Part shown: positions 15,013 to 17,774 of the stretch, piece after piece
Layout of the letters: every line of letters starts with the position of its first letter
Position numbering within the stretch: position 1 is the stretch's first letter
NCBI GenBank assembly: GCA_964625085.1
Contig: CAZVAJ010000005.1
Coordinates: 1 to 17,774 of the forward strand
Reading direction: 5' to 3'
Length of the DNA stretch: 17,774 nucleotides
DNA from: Candidatus Micrarchaeota archaeon
Lineage (GTDB): Archaea > B1Sed10-29 > JAJSAI01
Notes under the pieces: generated by a model
Told to the model about the DNA's origin: nothing
Database searches by the model: none
The model's input: the letters and a program-made list of their open reading frames with translations, nothing else
Made by a program: the position numbers and the translations under genes

Positions 15013-17268
15013 ATGGATTTTCAGGCGGACTCAAGCGAGCCTTTGCTTTTACTTGAGGGGGATGGGCGCGCGTTTATAGGCAGAAAAAAGTCAGTGCAGA
15101 AGGAGTACGGGTTTGAAGGCCTCATGCTAGTGGGCAGAAGCGTGGAAAAAAAAGCGTACGGGAAGCCAGTGTACCTTGATGCGATCTCTCCTCACGTGGT
15201 GTTCGTGTGCGGGGCAAGAGGGTCAGGGAAATCTTATCTGCTTGGAAACTTGGCTGAAGAGCTCACGCTGAAAAATCCTAACGTGGCTTGTGTGATCATA
15301 GATCCTGTTGGCATATTCTGGAGCATGAAGTATCCTAACAAGGACCCAAAGGAACTTGAGCTGCTGTCAGAATGGGGTTTAGAACCAAAAGGAATAGAAA
15401 AGACAAGGGTGTTTGTTCCAGCAGGCCTTAAGAAAAAAGTGCCCAAGGGCACCTATGATGCCCTGTTTTCTATACGACCATCAGAGCTTACTGTGGATGA
15501 CTGGTGTCTTACGTTCAATCTTGACAGGTTCTCTCCAACAGGTCTGTTGTTAGAAAAATCAATAGAAAGAACCAGAGAAAAACACGGCGTTAACTATAGC
15601 TTGGACGATATCTTGCAAACGATCTCTTCAGATCCTGAGATAGCTGGAAAAGAAAAAGGATACGCTTCTGGAACAAGGAGAGCGTTAATGTCCAGACTGG
15701 AAGCAGCCAAATCATGGGGCGTGCTCTCAGCAGAAGGCACGCCTTTAGCAGACGTTTGTGTTGCAGGAACCCCAACCGTTATAGATATCTCATTCCTGGA
15801 CGAGAACGTTGCCAGTCTGGTCATAGGAATCCTGGCAAGAAGGATCCTGAACGCCAGAAAGCTTGTTACCAGAAAAGAGACCATGAAGGATTATATCCCC
15901 GAAGACCTTGACGAGGTTCTTGAAACAGAGATACCCCCAACCTGGCTGTTCATTGACGAAGCTCACACTCTAATCCCTTCAGGAGGTCAAAAAACAGCAG
16001 CCACAGACGCTCTGGTTGAGTACGTTAAGCAGGGCCGGCGCCCGGGATGTTCTCTTGTTTTTGCTACTCAGCAGCCCAGCGCGATTGACACTAAAGTACT
16101 ATCCCAGCTAGACATTTTGTTTGCGCACAAGCTGGTTTTCGATGACGATCTCAAGGCAGTAATGCGCAGGATGCCCACATTAATACCAAAGGAGTACGAG
16201 AAGACAAGGTTCCTGAAAACACTGCCTGTTGGCATTGCGCTCGTGGGAGACAGGAGTGACACCACGAGCAGGGCTTTCGTGGTCCAGGTGAGGCCAAGGT
16301 TCTCACAGCATGAGGGCAGAGAAGTGGTGAGCAAAGGCCAAAGCAAGGCAGACCCTGAAAAAGTATCCAGTTTGATGGAAGGCCTTCTGAAGAAAAAGAT
16401 TGAAGACCAGGGGTCAATTCCTCTCAAGAGGGTTGATGATATTACCATGACCATGAACTCAAGGTACGGGCTGAAAATAGATCCTGCAAGAATCCTTAGC
16501 TCTTTAACAAGCCAGGGGTTTGAGATAGTGTCGGGCAGGCTTGTGAAAAAAGGAGCAATCCCCACTAAAAAACAAACAGAAAAGAAGCCTAAAGAAGAGA
16601 CTAAGATAATACAGCCGAAGGTTTCAAGAGAAGAAGCCCTTTCAAAAGCAAAGAAACTCTGGAAAACGATCGCTCCAAAAGGATTTCTGGGGCTGTTCGC
16701 AGAAAAAATGGAAGTAGACTCAGCAGAGTTAGAGTACCACCCAATACTAAAAGTTTCTCTTGAACTGGTTGAAGGTAACAGGATCTCTCCTGCGACTGTT
16801 TTCATTACCCCTGACAAACAACTGCTCAGAAAAGGAAAGAAAGGTCTGGCAAAGTATGATCTCTCTCCTTTATCCGGCTTAACCCCCGCAAAGGTAAAGA
16901 TTCTTCAGGCACTATCAAAGCCTTTAACCCAGAAGCAGATCTCTAAGATAATTGGGGTTAGTGTATCAACAGTATCAAGACACCTGAACGAACTGGAGTC
17001 CCTTGGGCTAGTTGAAAAATCAAAGGACAGGTACAAGAGACTTCTAGACCTTCCTAATGAACTGTCCTTTCCTGATTTCAGCCTGCCTGTGACCGTGTCT
17101 TCAGAAGAAATAAAAACCACAGACTATCCTGTTAATGAGAACGAGCTTCTGAACGCGCTTAAGGCTTTTGGAAAGCTTAGGGTAAAATCTGCAGAAAAAG
17201 TGTTCCTGCCCATGTGGGTAATCCGGTTCAAGAACACTGAGAAAATGATCAGTATTGAGGCGGTCTAA
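15013..17268 (+). CDS. HerA/FtsK-superfamily ATPase (DUF87-like) with C-terminal winged helix-turn-helix
   Basis: PHVVFVCGARGSGKS (Walker A), IIDPVG, WLFIDEAH (Walker B), KQGRRPG, FATQQPS and VRPRFSQHEG; C-terminal LTQKQISKIIGVSVSTVSRHLNELESLGLVEK. True start is likely ATG 15013 (751 aa). Confidence 0.88.
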   Translation: MDFQADSSEPLLLLEGDGRAFIGRKKSVQKEYGFEGLMLVGRSVEKKAYGKPVYLDAISPHVVFVCGARGSGKSYLLGNLAEELTLKNPNVACVIIDPVGIFWSMKYPNKDPKELELLSEWGLEPKGIEKTRVFVPAGLKKKVPKGTYDALFSIRPSELTVDDWCLTFNLDRFSPTGLLLEKSIERTREKHGVNYSLDDILQTISSDPEIAGKEKGYASGTRRALMSRLEAAKSWGVLSAEGTPLADVCVAGTPTVIDISFLDENVASLVIGILARRILNARKLVTRKETMKDYIPEDLDEVLETEIPPTWLFIDEAHTLIPSGGQKTAATDALVEYVKQGRRPGCSLVFATQQPSAIDTKVLSQLDILFAHKLVFDDDLKAVMRRMPTLIPKEYEKTRFLKTLPVGIALVGDRSDTTSRAFVVQVRPRFSQHEGREVVSKGQSKADPEKVSSLMEGLLKKKIEDQGSIPLKRVDDITMTMNSRYGLKIDPARILSSLTSQGFEIVSGRLVKKGAIPTKKQTEKKPKEETKIIQPKVSREEALSKAKKLWKTIAPKGFLGLFAEKMEVDSAELEYHPILKVSLELVEGNRISPATVFITPDKQLLRKGKKGLAKYDLSPLSGLTPAKVKILQALSKPLTQKQISKIIGVSVSTVSRHLNELESLGLVEKSKDRYKRLLDLPNELSFPDFSLPVTVSSEEIKTTDYPVNENELLNALKAFGKLRVKSAEKVFLPMWVIRFKNTEKMISIEAV

Positions 17269-17325
17269 GGGCCTGTGAACATTTAAAAATCAGCGTATTG
17301 TAAAAAAGCATACGGTGAATTCAGT

Positions 17326-17774
17326 ATGCGGCGATTACTAACATTCCTGCTCTTGGTTTCAGCAGCAGCTGCCACAGTGCAGTTTTTCAACGTTCCAGCC
17401 TCTGCAGACCCTGCCGGCAGTTTCTCCTTTGTTGTGAACGTGTACAATGATTCTGGCTCAAACTACGTGCAAGGAGACACTGTTACAGTACAGGTTTACA
17501 AGTCCGGGTCAGCTAGTACGGACATAAACTGTAGTGCTCAGGGAACTACAAACTCTGCAGGCAATGTCACGGTCCTTTGTGACGTAAGCTCAAACGCGTA
17601 TAATGTTTCTTACACCTTGAACGCCACCAGTTCCACTCTGACAGAAAACAATTCAAACACGACAACAGTTGGTGTGAACACTCTCACGCTGGTTGTTAAC
17701 TCTAACACTTCTTCAGTGTATCCTGGAGAAGGAATAACATTCACAGTAAACGCCACTAATTCCACAGGAGGGCC
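17326..17774 (+). CDS. Secreted beta-rich (Ig-like/S-layer-like) glycoprotein, partial
   Basis: Not in the ORF track; manual translation MRRLLTFLLLVSAAAA-TVQFFNVPASADPAGSFSFVVNVYNDSG...VYPGEGITFTVNATNSTGG is open to the window end; GGTGA ribosome-binding site at 17314-17318; S/T/N/V-rich. Confidence 0.85.
   Translation, partial: MRRLLTFLLLVSAAAATVQFFNVPASADPAGSFSFVVNVYNDSGSNYVQGDTVTVQVYKSGSASTDINCSAQGTTNSAGNVTVLCDVSSNAYNVSYTLNATSSTLTENNSNTTTVGVNTLTLVVNSNTSSVYPGEGITFTVNATNSTGG

Noticed and set aside
1..17774. CRISPR array, transposase, integrase or provirus
   Set aside because: No regularly spaced repeats or mobile-element motifs were seen. The recurring GGGCCCA and GGGTTCGAATCCCAC strings are tRNA stems.

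Overview
Gene-dense archaeal chromosome segment, probably from a DPANN-like lineage (inference from compact spacing, archaeal LeuRS/Nop5/fibrillarin/AglB and a tRNA-Ile(UAU)). Left to right: a minus-strand N-glycosylation cluster (dolichol kinase-like, aglB/STT3, AglH/GPT-like, NDP-sugar epimerase); an intron-containing tRNA-Ile(UAU); a membrane-anchored thioredoxin-fold protein; fibrillarin and an N-terminally short Nop5 separated by two membrane-protein genes; leuS and argS converging on a tRNA cluster; a HerA-like ATPase with a C-terminal winged helix; and the start of a sequon-rich secreted protein. The standout is a circularly permuted tRNA-Ser(CGA) gene on the minus strand. Its 3' half (12123-12078) lies upstream of its 5' half (12071-12035), separated by 6 nt. 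The outer flanks form a canonical bulge-helix-bulge at 37/38 plus an 11-bp clamp, and the gene sits directly upstream of tRNA-Arg(CCG).
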